Of a DNA stretch of 61,173 bases, positions 17,557 through 28,278 are shown piece after piece. How positions within the stretch are numbered: the stretch's first letter is position 1; each line of letters opens with the position of its first letter. The notes beneath the pieces are model-generated. The model was not told where the DNA came from. It saw nothing but the letters and a program-made list of their open reading frames with translations, and searched no databases. Origin of the DNA: Candidatus Micrarchaeota archaeon (GTDB lineage Archaea > Micrarchaeota > Micrarchaeia > Anstonellales > Bilamarchaeaceae); NCBI GenBank assembly GCA_016212505.1, contig JACRGB010000046.1, positions 1 through 61,173 of the forward strand, read 5' to 3'. The translations under genes and the position numbers were made by a program.

Positions 17557-17946
17557 ATGATTGTTGGAGAACGGATAATGGAAGTAACGGGTAACAAAAA
17601 AAGCATGGAGAACATCAGCGGTTTGAACATAAATATCACACTAGAAGATGTCCAACAGGCCAAAGATGGAAACTTGGAGCTTACCTACATCTACATGGCA
17701 ACTTATGAAAAAGATGTTGGAAACCTGAAAATAAAAGGAGTAATACTTGCAAAGGAAGATGACAAACTCACTAAAGAAATTATTGATGCATGGAAGAAAA
17801 ACAAGAGGGTTGTTGACTCTTATGCAGAAACAGTATTAGGTGCAGTAAATTACAGTGGAAGCGCAAACGGGACTTTGGTTGCGAGGGTCTTGGGATTAAC
17901 CGCACCACTCATTCCGCCAAGGATCCAGATGTCTCCGAAGAAATAA
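17557..17946 (+). CDS. Conserved archaeal hypothetical protein
   Basis: GAGGTG RBS; 129 aa; T-rich terminator follows. Function not assignable. Confidence 0.8.
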   Translation: MIVGERIMEVTGNKKSMENISGLNINITLEDVQQAKDGNLELTYIYMATYEKDVGNLKIKGVILAKEDDKLTKEIIDAWKKNKRVVDSYAETVLGAVNYSGSANGTLVARVLGLTAPLIPPRIQMSPKK

Positions 17947-18053
17947 TTTTCTTCCTAATTTTTCTTTCTAATTTTGGTTTTATTTTTTTAAATTTGCCCA
18001 GTATCCGGCTAGGTTATAACCATTTTTAAAGACCTCTTTACACAGATAAAGGC

Positions 18054-18920
18054 ATGAGATTACGGGCTGGGGCAATGGATTTACCATCAATAAGCCGAAG
18101 AGTCAGGATATTAGAGGGAAGCGCCAGCCATTTATTTGAAAAGTCTGATAGCATAAGATACATCGAACGGGATTTTAAGTTGATTAGCGGAAGGCTGCAA
18201 ATTGCAGCTGTTTTGATCAGAGCAGCAAACCCGGAAATAGAGCCAATTCGGATAAACCTTGGAGGCGCAGAAAGAAGAAGTGAGGAAGGCGTATGGCAAA
18301 AACCCCTTATTGGCGAGATTCCTCCAGAGCGCCTTGCAGGCATGAAAGCAAATAAAAAAATTGTTGAAGCACGCATAGAACATTTGAGCGCCTTGCAGGC
18401 GGAATTTTCCCGCATCATGCAAGAGAACACTGCTGCGGCCAATAGCTTGCTAAGTGAAGTCAGGGAGTACAGGAAGGCACTAAATGAAGGAACCTCTGGG
18501 CCAAACTCAAATGGAACTGCAATAAAAAACACGTTGACCATTGGGTTTGCATGCGGAGCGGCAATTTTTGCAGTTTCATCAAATGTTGCGGCACTGCGAA
18601 CAATAACAGAACCATTTTGGGTTGCGCTGGTCAGTTTTGTAATTAGCACAATTGCAGCTGCGGGAGCGTACCTTTCAAAAATCCAAAAAGCCCAGCAGAA
18701 AATATCTGATGCGGGGAAAAAGGAGTATGAAAAAGAAGTCGAAAAGCTATCGGTACCAATTTGGAACCGTTATACCGAATTGTTTGATGAGATTCATAGA
18801 GGACTAAATGAATCTAAGGAAGGAGTCGATGAATTGATAGCAAATCTGCTGGGCCAGGTAGTTCCGGCAAAAAGGGAAGAGGTGGAGAGGGCACTACGGA
18901 TTTTATCAGAACGAGGCTGA
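18054..18920 (+). CDS. Hypothetical protein with coiled coil and two TM helices (ORFan)
   Basis: 288-aa ORF with two hydrophobic segments (TLTIGFACGAAIFAV; FWVALVSFVISTIAAAG). Confidence 0.7.
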   Translation: MRLRAGAMDLPSISRRVRILEGSASHLFEKSDSIRYIERDFKLISGRLQIAAVLIRAANPEIEPIRINLGGAERRSEEGVWQKPLIGEIPPERLAGMKANKKIVEARIEHLSALQAEFSRIMQENTAAANSLLSEVREYRKALNEGTSGPNSNGTAIKNTLTIGFACGAAIFAVSSNVAALRTITEPFWVALVSFVISTIAAAGAYLSKIQKAQQKISDAGKKEYEKEVEKLSVPIWNRYTELFDEIHRGLNESKEGVDELIANLLGQVVPAKREEVERALRILSERG

Positions 18921-18934
18921 CCATACACTGGCAG

Positions 18935-19903
18935 TTATTTGCCCATCGGATAATACGAATACGTATGCTCTGCAAATACAAGTAAACTATCGTAATTTTT
19001 TATCAGGTTGCTGAACTCGGTCCGAAGCTGGATCATTAACTGGTGGAACGCCTGGTAGTTTTCTATTTCTACATCGATTTCAACATTCCATTGCCCCATA
19101 CATAGATCAATATCGATTACATTTGGATGCTGTGTGAGGTAGCCAATGAAGCGGCGAACTTCAGTTTCATCAAATGAATCAACCTTGACCAATACCTTGT
19201 AAGTAAGGTAGCCAAACTTATTGCGGTCCAGGACAATTCGCGCGCCTTGTATTACGCCATTGGCTTTGATCCCCTTGATCCGGTAACTGACCGCATTCGG
19301 GGTAATCTTCAGTGCCCTTGCAAGATCGACTAGTTTCATCCGGGCATCTTTCGAAAGGAGGCCGAGGATTTTTTTATCAGTTTCATCTATATTAATTTGG
19401 CCAACTGCGCCGCCAAATAGCGGGACTTCTGAGGAGGTGTATTTACCGATCAGATAGCCCCTTTTGGAATTGAATGCAGTCTCAACTATAGATACTGTAA
19501 TATCTTCAAAGAACTTCCCATAATCCTTGAATAAAGACTTGTAAATCGAATATAGTTCGTGCGTATCGTGTGCCCAGATGCCAACGTACATATCGTACCT
19601 GCCATCGCAGGTATCTACGAGCCCGACGTTATTGTTAGAATCAAAAAATTCGATCATCTCTTTTTCTAATTCCTTATTCACATTTTTGTATTTGAGGTAG
19701 AACTTGAAAAATGAAAGCCCGATCTTGGGCGTATTGACAATGACGCAGCACCTTCTCAAAATGCCCTTTTGAGTAAGGTCCAGCATCCGATAGCGGATAA
19801 CCTGCTTGGAAAGGCCGGTCGCCTTGGCCAGCTCAGGCAAAGATTGGAACGCATTCTCATCAAGCGCAAAAAGGATGCGGCGGTCTTTCTTATCCAGTTC
19901 CAT
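18935..19903 (-). CDS. Tandem (two-unit) Lrp/AsnC family regulator
   Basis: Two HTH-RAM units: LDKKDRRILFAL..ELAKATGLS and IDETDKKILGLLSKDARMKLVDLAR; CDGRYD and CMGQWN strands. Confidence 0.9.
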   Translation of the reverse strand: MELDKKDRRILFALDENAFQSLPELAKATGLSKQVIRYRMLDLTQKGILRRCCVIVNTPKIGLSFFKFYLKYKNVNKELEKEMIEFFDSNNNVGLVDTCDGRYDMYVGIWAHDTHELYSIYKSLFKDYGKFFEDITVSIVETAFNSKRGYLIGKYTSSEVPLFGGAVGQINIDETDKKILGLLSKDARMKLVDLARALKITPNAVSYRIKGIKANGVIQGARIVLDRNKFGYLTYKVLVKVDSFDETEVRRFIGYLTQHPNVIDIDLCMGQWNVEIDVEIENYQAFHQLMIQLRTEFSNLIKNYDSLLVFAEHTYSYYPMGK

Positions 19904-20053
19904 AACTAATCTAGTGAACAATAACGAATAAAGTTTAAATTCATTTGTTTTAGCAAAATCTTTCCAAAACTAAAATTATTTATTAGAAAATTGCTTTTTG
20001 TAAAATTTTTAGATGATTAATTTAATATACCACATTTTACTATAAATAAAAAC

Positions 20054-21928
20054 ATGACAGGATTGCTTTACGATAAAATAAAACCGATGAGGGCAAAAGG
20101 AGAGGTTTCTGTTGCATTGGTCAGTTGCCCGACTCCAGTCTTATTAGATAAAAATGGCAGACCCTACAGTCCGGTAAGGACAAATTATTTCCCTCAGGCA
20201 CAAGTCCTATTAGGGACAGAAGCTAAATGCGAAATGGAAAAAAAGGGAATAAAAGGAGACGTAAAAGTTGTTGATTTAAAATCAGTTGAGGAGCCGGACC
20301 AGTGGCGATCGAATGTCCAGGAATACGGCGCTTTGCAGTATGGCGATAAGACCTTGACCAAATTCTTTGTGGGAGATGGCATGGATAGGGTTCACGAACT
20401 TGAAGGGTTCGATATCATAGGCATAACTTCTAATTTTACTGCTGAATCAGCCGGGGTCATAAGGGTCATCGAAAGGATAAGGCAGATAAATAACAATGCC
20501 ATACTGCTCGTTGGCGGAAGGGATGCCAATGCAAGGCCTGAATTTTATAGAAACGCAGGAGCAGATATCGTCGCTTTGGGTGATAGTGATGCAAGTTTTC
20601 CTAACTTTGTTTGCGATACAGTCATGGGAAAAAGAATAATGCTAACACCACTAGAACTCCTCAATTCGCAACCATTTCGCGGTTTACCCCAACATGATTT
20701 CAGTTTATTGCCCAATCTGCACAGATATCGGGAAAGCGGTAGTGGATATTTTTTTAAGGAAACAAAAAAAAGAAAAAGACCAAAAGTTGCTTACATAGAA
20801 TTATCACGAGGCTGTGACCGAGACTGTAATTTTTGCGATTCGCGCCTAACCAAAAGAAAAAACTTTGAAATCGAATTCATAAAAGAAAATATCAGGAATC
20901 ACAAAAGAAATGGCGTAGGAATCTTACTTTTTAGTGATGATAATCTATTACAATGGTTAAATTCTCCAAACGGGGAAAAAGAACTAATTGAATTGTTTGA
21001 ATTCCTAAGAGCAGAGGGAATGGCCTGGGAATTTTCAGTTGGACTAGAAGTAGGAAGATTTTTTGATACGAATGGCAAACTACGAAAAGAGTTATTGGAA
21101 GCAATGTTCTGGAATAATGGGGATCCTGAAAACTGGCAGGGGGCATTTAGAACATTAATACCCCTGGAAAATCCCCAAAGCACTGAAAGAAGGTATAAAA
21201 AACTTCGGAGTTGGGAGGATGAAATGCTAGTAATGGAAGCCATAGTCAGGATGGGCATACCTCAGATAAATATTGGCATAATGCTAGGTTGGCCCGAAGA
21301 GAATTGGCAAAGTGTCAATCTTATTAGAACTAAATATTTGGAAATAAGAAAAATGGTGGAAGGAGCAAATGCTCGGCAGGATTTAGTTGTTAGCGGCACA
21401 AACCTAAGCTTATTTTGTGTAATGCCTTTGCCTAATACGCCTTTGCATGATGAAATGATCGGGCAGGGAAGAATAGTTTACCCAATTGAAGAACATCCGG
21501 AATTAGTGAATATCTTTACTTCAGTAATTAGAGGAGATCATTTTAGGCCAGAAGAAATTACAGATATACGGATGAACTTGATTAATGGCGCTGGAAGTGA
21601 GCAGCCTGAAGGAAAAGTAAAGTTTCAAGGCAGGGTCAGGGATGAAAAAGAGCGGGAGCTTAGGGCTGCAACTGGCAATTTCGATTTTGCCCTAGCAGAG
21701 GTTATTGACACCTACCTGGCAGGAAATGAAAATTTGATTTATCATACGGATAAGGGGAGAAAACTCCTGAGAGCCAATGAACTAAAAGAAAGTATGGAAA
21801 AATTTCGAGGGGATTGGCGTAGAAGAATAAAAGATAGAACGGAACTCTATAAAAAAATACTAGAACTAGAAATTGCACAAGGAAAGACCAGTGAGTTTGA
21901 TCAAAAATATAAGACAAATGACGAATAA
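20054..21928 (+). CDS. B12-binding-domain radical SAM enzyme
   Basis: CxxxCxxC (SRGCDRDCNFC), N-terminal DIIGITS..LLVGG cobalamin-binding-like domain, FSDDNL, PLPNTPL. Confidence 0.88.
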   Translation: MTGLLYDKIKPMRAKGEVSVALVSCPTPVLLDKNGRPYSPVRTNYFPQAQVLLGTEAKCEMEKKGIKGDVKVVDLKSVEEPDQWRSNVQEYGALQYGDKTLTKFFVGDGMDRVHELEGFDIIGITSNFTAESAGVIRVIERIRQINNNAILLVGGRDANARPEFYRNAGADIVALGDSDASFPNFVCDTVMGKRIMLTPLELLNSQPFRGLPQHDFSLLPNLHRYRESGSGYFFKETKKRKRPKVAYIELSRGCDRDCNFCDSRLTKRKNFEIEFIKENIRNHKRNGVGILLFSDDNLLQWLNSPNGEKELIELFEFLRAEGMAWEFSVGLEVGRFFDTNGKLRKELLEAMFWNNGDPENWQGAFRTLIPLENPQSTERRYKKLRSWEDEMLVMEAIVRMGIPQINIGIMLGWPEENWQSVNLIRTKYLEIRKMVEGANARQDLVVSGTNLSLFCVMPLPNTPLHDEMIGQGRIVYPIEEHPELVNIFTSVIRGDHFRPEEITDIRMNLINGAGSEQPEGKVKFQGRVRDEKERELRAATGNFDFALAEVIDTYLAGNENLIYHTDKGRKLLRANELKESMEKFRGDWRRRIKDRTELYKKILELEIAQGKTSEFDQKYKTNDE

Positions 21929-21964
21929 ACTGCCATTAAAATTCCTTTTGTCCTATTGGATTGC

Positions 21965-23053
21965 ATGCGAATTGTAGTAAAAATAGGAAGCACACTCATT
22001 ACTGGAAACCAGGGTGTGAACCATATTTTCCTCCAGCAGCTAGCCAGTAAGATCCTTGCGCAGAAAGAGCATAGTTTTGCAGTAGTAACTTCAGGGGCAA
22101 TTGCAACTGGAATGGTAAAGATGGGAGTTAGGGAAAAACCCAAAGGCGTAGTTATGCTTCAGGCCCTTGCTGCAATAGGTCAGAGCGATCTGATAAAGGC
22201 ATATGAAGGCGCATTTGATGAGCGAAAAATCCTTGCCCAGGTGCTCCTGACTAACCACGATTTTTCAGATAGGATGCGGTACCTTAACATAAGAAATACG
22301 CTTAATATGATACTTACTAAGTCGATAATCCCGATAATAAACGAGAACGATACGGTAACTGTAATGGATATTAAAAAAGCCGCTTTCGGGGACAATGATA
22401 CTTTGGCCGCACATGTGGCAACTGCAATTGACTCCGACCTGCTAATCATATTGACAAATGTTGAGGGGTTATATGACCGGAATCCTGAAGAGAAAGGGGC
22501 CAAACTAATCAGAAAAATTGAGCAGATAACTGATAAGGAACTGGATATGTGCAATGGCAAAACAGCCCTCGGCCGGGGAGGGATGGCAACCAAGCTCCAG
22601 GCAGCAAAAATCGCAAGTGAAGCGGGTATAAAGGTGGTAGTCTGCAATGGAAATTGCCCAGATTATCTGAATGCTGCCATATCCGAAAAAATTGGGACAT
22701 CTTTTTTACCAATGAGGGAAGGCGCAAAATTATCTGAGAAAAAGCACTGGATCATGTTCGCATCAGAGCCCAAAGGCAAAATAAAAGTAAATGAAAATGC
22801 GATGAAATGCGCAATTGGTAAAAATTGCGGCATAACCCCGGATGGCGTATTGGAAGTTGAGGGACAATTTGAAAAGGGCGCAGTAATAGAGGTAGCGGAC
22901 AGTGAAGGCAACGTCCTTTGTAAAGGCATAACTAATTATTTTTCATTTGAGCTTGAAAAAATAAAAGGGAAAAACCATAATGAAATTGAAAAAATACTTG
23001 GATTTGTCTATGAGGAAGTCATAAGCGGCTCGGACATGGTAGTTGCAGGATAG
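21965..23053 (+). CDS. proB: Glutamate 5-kinase
   Basis: VVKIGS, VTSGAIA, AAIGQ, INENDTV, FGDNDTLAA, GGMATKL, C-terminal PUA domain. Confidence 0.97.
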   Translation: MRIVVKIGSTLITGNQGVNHIFLQQLASKILAQKEHSFAVVTSGAIATGMVKMGVREKPKGVVMLQALAAIGQSDLIKAYEGAFDERKILAQVLLTNHDFSDRMRYLNIRNTLNMILTKSIIPIINENDTVTVMDIKKAAFGDNDTLAAHVATAIDSDLLIILTNVEGLYDRNPEEKGAKLIRKIEQITDKELDMCNGKTALGRGGMATKLQAAKIASEAGIKVVVCNGNCPDYLNAAISEKIGTSFLPMREGAKLSEKKHWIMFASEPKGKIKVNENAMKCAIGKNCGITPDGVLEVEGQFEKGAVIEVADSEGNVLCKGITNYFSFELEKIKGKNHNEIEKILGFVYEEVISGSDMVVAG

Positions 23054-23088
23054 TTAGTACTGAAGGAGCGGCAGGGGCGAGGGAGGAT

Positions 23089-24348
23089 ATGAACGAGAAT
23101 AGTTTTGATCTGGAAGAAACTTTTGTAAGTGCAAAAAAGTCCGGCAGCAGGCTCGCTTTGATGGATAGCACGGAAAAAAATGCAGTTTTGGAAAAAATGG
23201 CGGGCGCACTTGAAAATAACGAGACGGAGATACTAGCTGCAAATAAAATAGACCTTGAGAATGCGAAGGTTAAGGACAAAACTAAGGTAAAAGAAAGCGA
23301 ACTGGACCGCCTGATGCTAAATAGCCAGAGGCTAAAGGGAATTGCACAGGATATCCGGATGGTCGCGGCACTTCCGGACCCAATTGGAGGGGAAGAAATG
23401 TGGACCCGGCCGAACGGCCTCCAAATAAGGCGCGTCCGCGTACCATTTGGGGTTATTGGCGCGATCTATGAGTCGAGGCCAAATGTCACAGCAGATATTG
23501 CATCATTATGCATAAAGAGCGCAAACGCCTGCGTATTAAGGGGCAGCGCAAGCGCGCTGAACTCGAACAGGGCAATAGTTAAGGCGATAAAATCAGCACT
23601 GCCAAAGGACATCGAAGGCGCAGTTGCATTTGTTGATACACCAGACCGAAGTGCAGTGGAAAGGATGATGAATGCAAGGGGAAAATTAGACCTCCTGATC
23701 CCGCGGGGCGGGGCGGAACTCATCAAACGCACGGTTGAAAATTCAATCGTGCCGGTTATTGAAACAGGAACCGGGAACTGCCATGTATTTGTTGATGAGG
23801 ATGCAGATCAGCAGATGGCAGAGCAGATTATTATCAATTCCAAATGCCAAAGGCCAGGGGTTTGTAATGCAGAGGAAAAACTGCTCGTTCATGAAAAAAT
23901 AGCAAAGGAATTCATACCTAAAATTGCAAAGCGATTGCAGCAAAAAGGGGTCGAGATACGGGGCTGCGAAAAAACGCTCAGGATATTGCCGAGAATAAAG
24001 GCGGCAAATGAGGAGGATTGGCCAAGGGAATATCTTGACTTGATAATTGCAATAAGGATAGTACGCAATGTTGCCGAAGCAATCGAGCACATAAATAAGT
24101 ATAACAGCAAGCACACTGAAGCGATAATTACTAAAAATCATAAAAATGCGGAATTATTTACAAAGTCAGTTGATGCTGCGGTAGTGATGGTGAACGCATC
24201 AACCAGGTTTACGGACGGGGGTCAGTTTGGTTTTGGCGCTGAAATTGGCATAAGCACGCAAAAGCTCCATGCCCGGGGACCAATGGGGCTGCGCGAGTTA
24301 ACTACATACAAGTATATTGTCCAGGGAAGCGGGCAGGTGAGGGCATGA
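23089..24348 (+). CDS. proA: Gamma-glutamyl phosphate reductase
   Basis: IYESRPNVT, LLIPRGG, GNCHVFVD, GVCNAEE, NASTRFTDG, ISTQKLHARGPMGL. Confidence 0.97.
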   Translation: MNENSFDLEETFVSAKKSGSRLALMDSTEKNAVLEKMAGALENNETEILAANKIDLENAKVKDKTKVKESELDRLMLNSQRLKGIAQDIRMVAALPDPIGGEEMWTRPNGLQIRRVRVPFGVIGAIYESRPNVTADIASLCIKSANACVLRGSASALNSNRAIVKAIKSALPKDIEGAVAFVDTPDRSAVERMMNARGKLDLLIPRGGAELIKRTVENSIVPVIETGTGNCHVFVDEDADQQMAEQIIINSKCQRPGVCNAEEKLLVHEKIAKEFIPKIAKRLQQKGVEIRGCEKTLRILPRIKAANEEDWPREYLDLIIAIRIVRNVAEAIEHINKYNSKHTEAIITKNHKNAELFTKSVDAAVVMVNASTRFTDGGQFGFGAEIGISTQKLHARGPMGLRELTTYKYIVQGSGQVRA

Positions 24349-25103
24349 GGATAGCACTAATAGGGATAGGAAGGTTGGGAAAAGCGCTTGCAACGGCACT
24401 ATCAAAAAAACATGAACTTATACTCGTTGATAAGGATTTTGAAGAAACCAAAAAAAGCGCAGAAAAAACCGGTGGAAAGGCAGCTAAAGGCCTAAATGAA
24501 ATAAAAAATCCGGAAATGATAATCATAGCAGTTAAACCAGCCCATGTGCAGGAAGTTATTGGCCAGATAAAAGGCCCGGCAACAGTTGTTTCGTGTGCTG
24601 CCGGAATACCAATACGAAAACTTGAAGAATGGGGAACCGGAACCAGGAATATTATACGGATAATGCCAAATATTGCAGCGGAATGCAACGAGGCAGTGAT
24701 TGCTTATGCTACCAATGATGAGCAAAATGAGAAAAGATTTTTGGCGGCTTTTTCAAGCGTCGGGGTATGCCTAAAAGTTGAGGAAAAAAATCTCGACCCT
24801 ATTACGGCTATTTCCGGCTCTGGGCCTGCATTTTTGGCATTTTTTGCCAAAGCAATGATTGCTGAAGCAGTAGCAGAAGGATTAGATGAAGCGACTGCAC
24901 AAAAGGCAGTTGCACAAACATTGATTGGGACAGGGCAGCTCATGCTATGGGACTGGAGCCCTCAAAAGATAATTGAAACGGTTGCAAGCCCAGGTGGAAC
25001 GACCGAAGCAGGATTGAAAATGCTTGAAGCGGATAAAGCTAGTGAAGCGGTCAAAAAAGCAGTAAAATTTGCAACGGAAAAGGCACGGGAACTCGGAAAA
25101 TGA
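24345..25103 (+). CDS. proC: Pyrroline-5-carboxylate reductase
   Basis: GIGRLG, AVKP, RIMPN, ISGSGPAF, ASPGGTT. Confidence 0.96.
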   Translation: MRIALIGIGRLGKALATALSKKHELILVDKDFEETKKSAEKTGGKAAKGLNEIKNPEMIIIAVKPAHVQEVIGQIKGPATVVSCAAGIPIRKLEEWGTGTRNIIRIMPNIAAECNEAVIAYATNDEQNEKRFLAAFSSVGVCLKVEEKNLDPITAISGSGPAFLAFFAKAMIAEAVAEGLDEATAQKAVAQTLIGTGQLMLWDWSPQKIIETVASPGGTTEAGLKMLEADKASEAVKKAVKFATEKARELGK

Positions 25104-25221
25104 AAAAAACAAAGAAGTTTATTTTCGGGTTTCTGAGAGCGCAATTATCGTTTCGGTTTGAACGTATTGCAGCGCGTTCAACATAGTTGCTTTTTTAACC
25201 TCGTCTTAACACAATTAATTT

Positions 25222-26190
25222 ATGAAAATCTGCACTCTGGCAGCTTATGCTTTACTCGGACCTGCGCAAGAAACCAGAAAGATCAGGCTTAGAGATAGAA
25301 TTCTGGATCGAACTAAACAGCAACTATCCAAAGGAATAGATTCAAGAATACCTTTTTTGAAAATAGCACTTTGCAATCAGAATGTATCGCTCGTTGCCAG
25401 TAGACGAAATACTGCGTTTGCTACTCCTGATTTTCATGAAGGTGAGATGATTGTACTGCCCAGAAAACTAAGTGCTGTTTTGAAGTTTGAAGAATATTTC
25501 GACACATTATCGCGTTTTAATCAGGCTAAATTTTCCTCTGGGCTACAGGCAGTCCCTTCACCAAAAATATATGGTGAATTCGAAAGATACACTGTTGTAA
25601 AATGTAGTACAGAACTAATGGGGGGCTTAAGAATTTCCACCGTTCCTGCTGATGTATTAGATATGCTAACTGGAACTACTGCAGTATATACAGTAGGTAC
25701 GAACCAGATATTTATCTCGGGCACGTTAGACTCAATCGATAAATGCAGTGCTCTGGCGCATGAAGTAGAACATGCTATTCATTATACGCTTTTAGAGTTT
25801 TCAGAATTGCCATTAGTATTGGTGCCAAAAATGTATGTTGAATATTTAGCAATGCTTGTTGAACTTTCTAAATTCGGAAGCCCGGATTTATTTATTTTCA
25901 GCTATGCTCGGGCACCTGCCTCGAAACAGAGTTTGCATGCCAAAGCAGCTCTTCTTTTTATCGAGCGATTTAAGCGTGAATACGGGATAACAGATGAAGA
26001 CGCGCGTCGTATAACATTTGACCTGATTGATTTTCAAACAGATGTAGTGCTTTCTGCTGAAAAACGTGATTTTTTAACCAGAATAAGGGCATTCGCAATA
26101 AGAGAACATTCTAAATTCTACGAGAAAATTTTTGGTTTGAACATAGATGATATCCGAGAAGTAGTTGACCGGCTTCCTAATCTGCAATAG
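25222..26190 (+). CDS. Hypothetical protein with HExxH zincin-like motif (ORFan)
   Basis: QIFISG..LAHEVEHAIH...EYLA. Overlaps the priS 3' end tail-to-tail by 14 nt. Confidence 0.65.
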   Translation: MKICTLAAYALLGPAQETRKIRLRDRILDRTKQQLSKGIDSRIPFLKIALCNQNVSLVASRRNTAFATPDFHEGEMIVLPRKLSAVLKFEEYFDTLSRFNQAKFSSGLQAVPSPKIYGEFERYTVVKCSTELMGGLRISTVPADVLDMLTGTTAVYTVGTNQIFISGTLDSIDKCSALAHEVEHAIHYTLLEFSELPLVLVPKMYVEYLAMLVELSKFGSPDLFIFSYARAPASKQSLHAKAALLFIERFKREYGITDEDARRITFDLIDFQTDVVLSAEKRDFLTRIRAFAIREHSKFYEKIFGLNIDDIREVVDRLPNLQ

Positions 26191-27280
26191 TCGCACTTCC
26201 TTTTAGGACAAAAAACAATCCGATTGGCAATTGGAAAGTTTGAAGTTCATCTTTTTTGAATGGCCCGATGGGAGAACCACCAACAGCCACTACGGGCACA
26301 TCTTCGGTAAATTGGACTTTTAATTCCCGCCCATCTTTATTGGGAATAAGCGCATCTCTTAATGGGTCAAAAGATTCGATTGGCCCGGCAACAATTTTGG
26401 CAATAAACCCGCTTTCCCCGTGGATCGAGTTGGGCACACGGATAAGCTTACTAAGATCATGTGTCACTGCAGCATCGGTATCAATCGAATTGACCGACAG
26501 CTCTTTGGCTATCGGCTCTAAGCGGGATAGGAGGTCACTGAGTTTCAACGAGGTTTTGCTCCAGTTTCCTTCGTTTATGCCGCTGATGAAAAACTCCCGT
26601 TTTTTTTCATCATTAAATATTCTTGAGAGTGCTGAAGGATTTTCACGAACCAATTTTATGGTGGAACGGGCCAGCCTGCCACGATAGCCCCCTTCCTCTG
26701 CCGAAGGCCCTAGTAATTTAGGGGGCTTGCTATCTGAAGGCGCAAAAAAATCCCGATAATTAAGCCCAAGTCCCATCACATATTCAACAAGTTCCCGCCG
26801 CTCCTCGCCACCAAGTTTGATGAAATTTTTATCGCGGATATGGACATGGTATCCCCGGTTTCCTGAAAAAACAGCTGCAATATCATTTCTGCTAATCCCA
26901 AAATCATTCACAATAAAATCGTCAACTAAGCGGATGAGCTCCTGCTTAAGGGGCTCGAGCTTTGGGTATGCGCCGTATTTGCCCTCTGCATGGATATCAA
27001 GGTCAAAAACAATGTCAGCAGCAGTCCAGATTTTCTTCTGGATCGGGGTTGCGCCCGGAAACTCGTAATATGCAGTAGAGTGTGATACAAAAAACGGCGT
27101 GTTATTGCAGAGGTAGTTTCTGAATTCGCTAACGTTCGCAAAACAAAGGTGCCGAGAATCAATTTTCTTTATATTCCCAATTCCAAATTCCCTTTTTTCA
27201 ATTTTAGGTATGCTAAACTCAGCCTCTCGATAATAGTCTGCAAAGACTTTAGCTGCAAATTGGCGGTCGTTTAGCTTCAT
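26177..27280 (-). CDS. priS: DNA primase small (catalytic) subunit
   Basis: REFG, IVFDLD, FSGNRGYHVH, DAAVTHDLSKLIRVPNSIHG. Confidence 0.96.
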   Translation of the reverse strand: MKLNDRQFAAKVFADYYREAEFSIPKIEKREFGIGNIKKIDSRHLCFANVSEFRNYLCNNTPFFVSHSTAYYEFPGATPIQKKIWTAADIVFDLDIHAEGKYGAYPKLEPLKQELIRLVDDFIVNDFGISRNDIAAVFSGNRGYHVHIRDKNFIKLGGEERRELVEYVMGLGLNYRDFFAPSDSKPPKLLGPSAEEGGYRGRLARSTIKLVRENPSALSRIFNDEKKREFFISGINEGNWSKTSLKLSDLLSRLEPIAKELSVNSIDTDAAVTHDLSKLIRVPNSIHGESGFIAKIVAGPIESFDPLRDALIPNKDGRELKVQFTEDVPVVAVGGSPIGPFKKDELQTFQLPIGLFFVLKGSATIAD

Positions 27281-28212
27281 CTTTGTATTGCCTCTTTTCT
27301 TTCCTTGGTTAAGCTATGCCAGTTAAGCGGATGGCCAATCCGGCATACTGCGCAGCAAAGGCCGTAAGTCATAATAGTTGCGCAGGAGGGGACAGAATAG
27401 CCTTTTTTCTTGATATGGCTAACCTGGTACCTCGTGATTTTCTCATCAAAATCAGGCAAATCAGAGTATAATTTCGTAACATCATCTTCGCTCGTACCAA
27501 TGGCGAGCAGATAGGTTGCAAGGTACCAGCGCGCATGATGGGCAAGGTTCTGGTGCCTTTTCATTTCCTCTAAAAGTTTTTCAATACACGGGGGATGGTT
27601 TTCTACTTTTATAGTAACCCGAGTTTCACTCTTTGGCATCTCTGAGATTATCTTTGCACCTGCAGTTTTTATCAGCTCAGGAGGATCCCTTACTAAAGGA
27701 ATATCTTCTACATGGTCCTTTATTGCCTGCTCGATTAGCCTCATCTTCTCGGTTGCCTTTATCTCAACAAAGCCGTTTATTAGCTTCTTGTTAATCAGAC
27801 GATACTTAATATCACGGGGACTACAGCGTAAATAGGATGGAAGATCAACAAGCAGCCGCTCGCCATCTTTTTTTGTTATTATTCCAAAACGTGCTGCGAC
27901 AAGTTCGGCCAAGGGCTCAGTTTCCCGATCCAGGTAGCCTCTTGCGGTTTTTGATTCATTAACTGCAAAGCGGCTGGTGAGAAATTGGTTTCTTAGCGTG
28001 CCAAGAATCATCCTTGCGGCCGCAAAAGAAGCGATCTCTTCCTGCTTGTCAGTTTCATGCAAAAGCATTCTGGCCGTAGTCTGCCCACCTACCGCTTTTT
28101 TTATCCTTTCAACTGCTAGCTCTACAATTCGCTCAGTGAGAGTCAGATCTTTAATGAATAATTTTGCCTCCTGGCTAAAAGGATATTTAGTGGCAAAATC
28201 AAGAGATTCCAT
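27277..28212 (-). CDS. priL: DNA primase large subunit
   Basis: KYPFS N-terminus, HPPCI, DFDEKITRYQVSHI, YSVPSC...LC Fe-S cysteines. Confidence 0.94.
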   Translation of the reverse strand: MESLDFATKYPFSQEAKLFIKDLTLTERIVELAVERIKKAVGGQTTARMLLHETDKQEEIASFAAARMILGTLRNQFLTSRFAVNESKTARGYLDRETEPLAELVAARFGIITKKDGERLLVDLPSYLRCSPRDIKYRLINKKLINGFVEIKATEKMRLIEQAIKDHVEDIPLVRDPPELIKTAGAKIISEMPKSETRVTIKVENHPPCIEKLLEEMKRHQNLAHHARWYLATYLLAIGTSEDDVTKLYSDLPDFDEKITRYQVSHIKKKGYSVPSCATIMTYGLCCAVCRIGHPLNWHSLTKERKEAIQR

Positions 28213-28278
28213 AATTAGTATTTGATTTCATAATTTATAACATTTGTGAATAGGAGTTTTGGTCCATTTAGGGTACAG

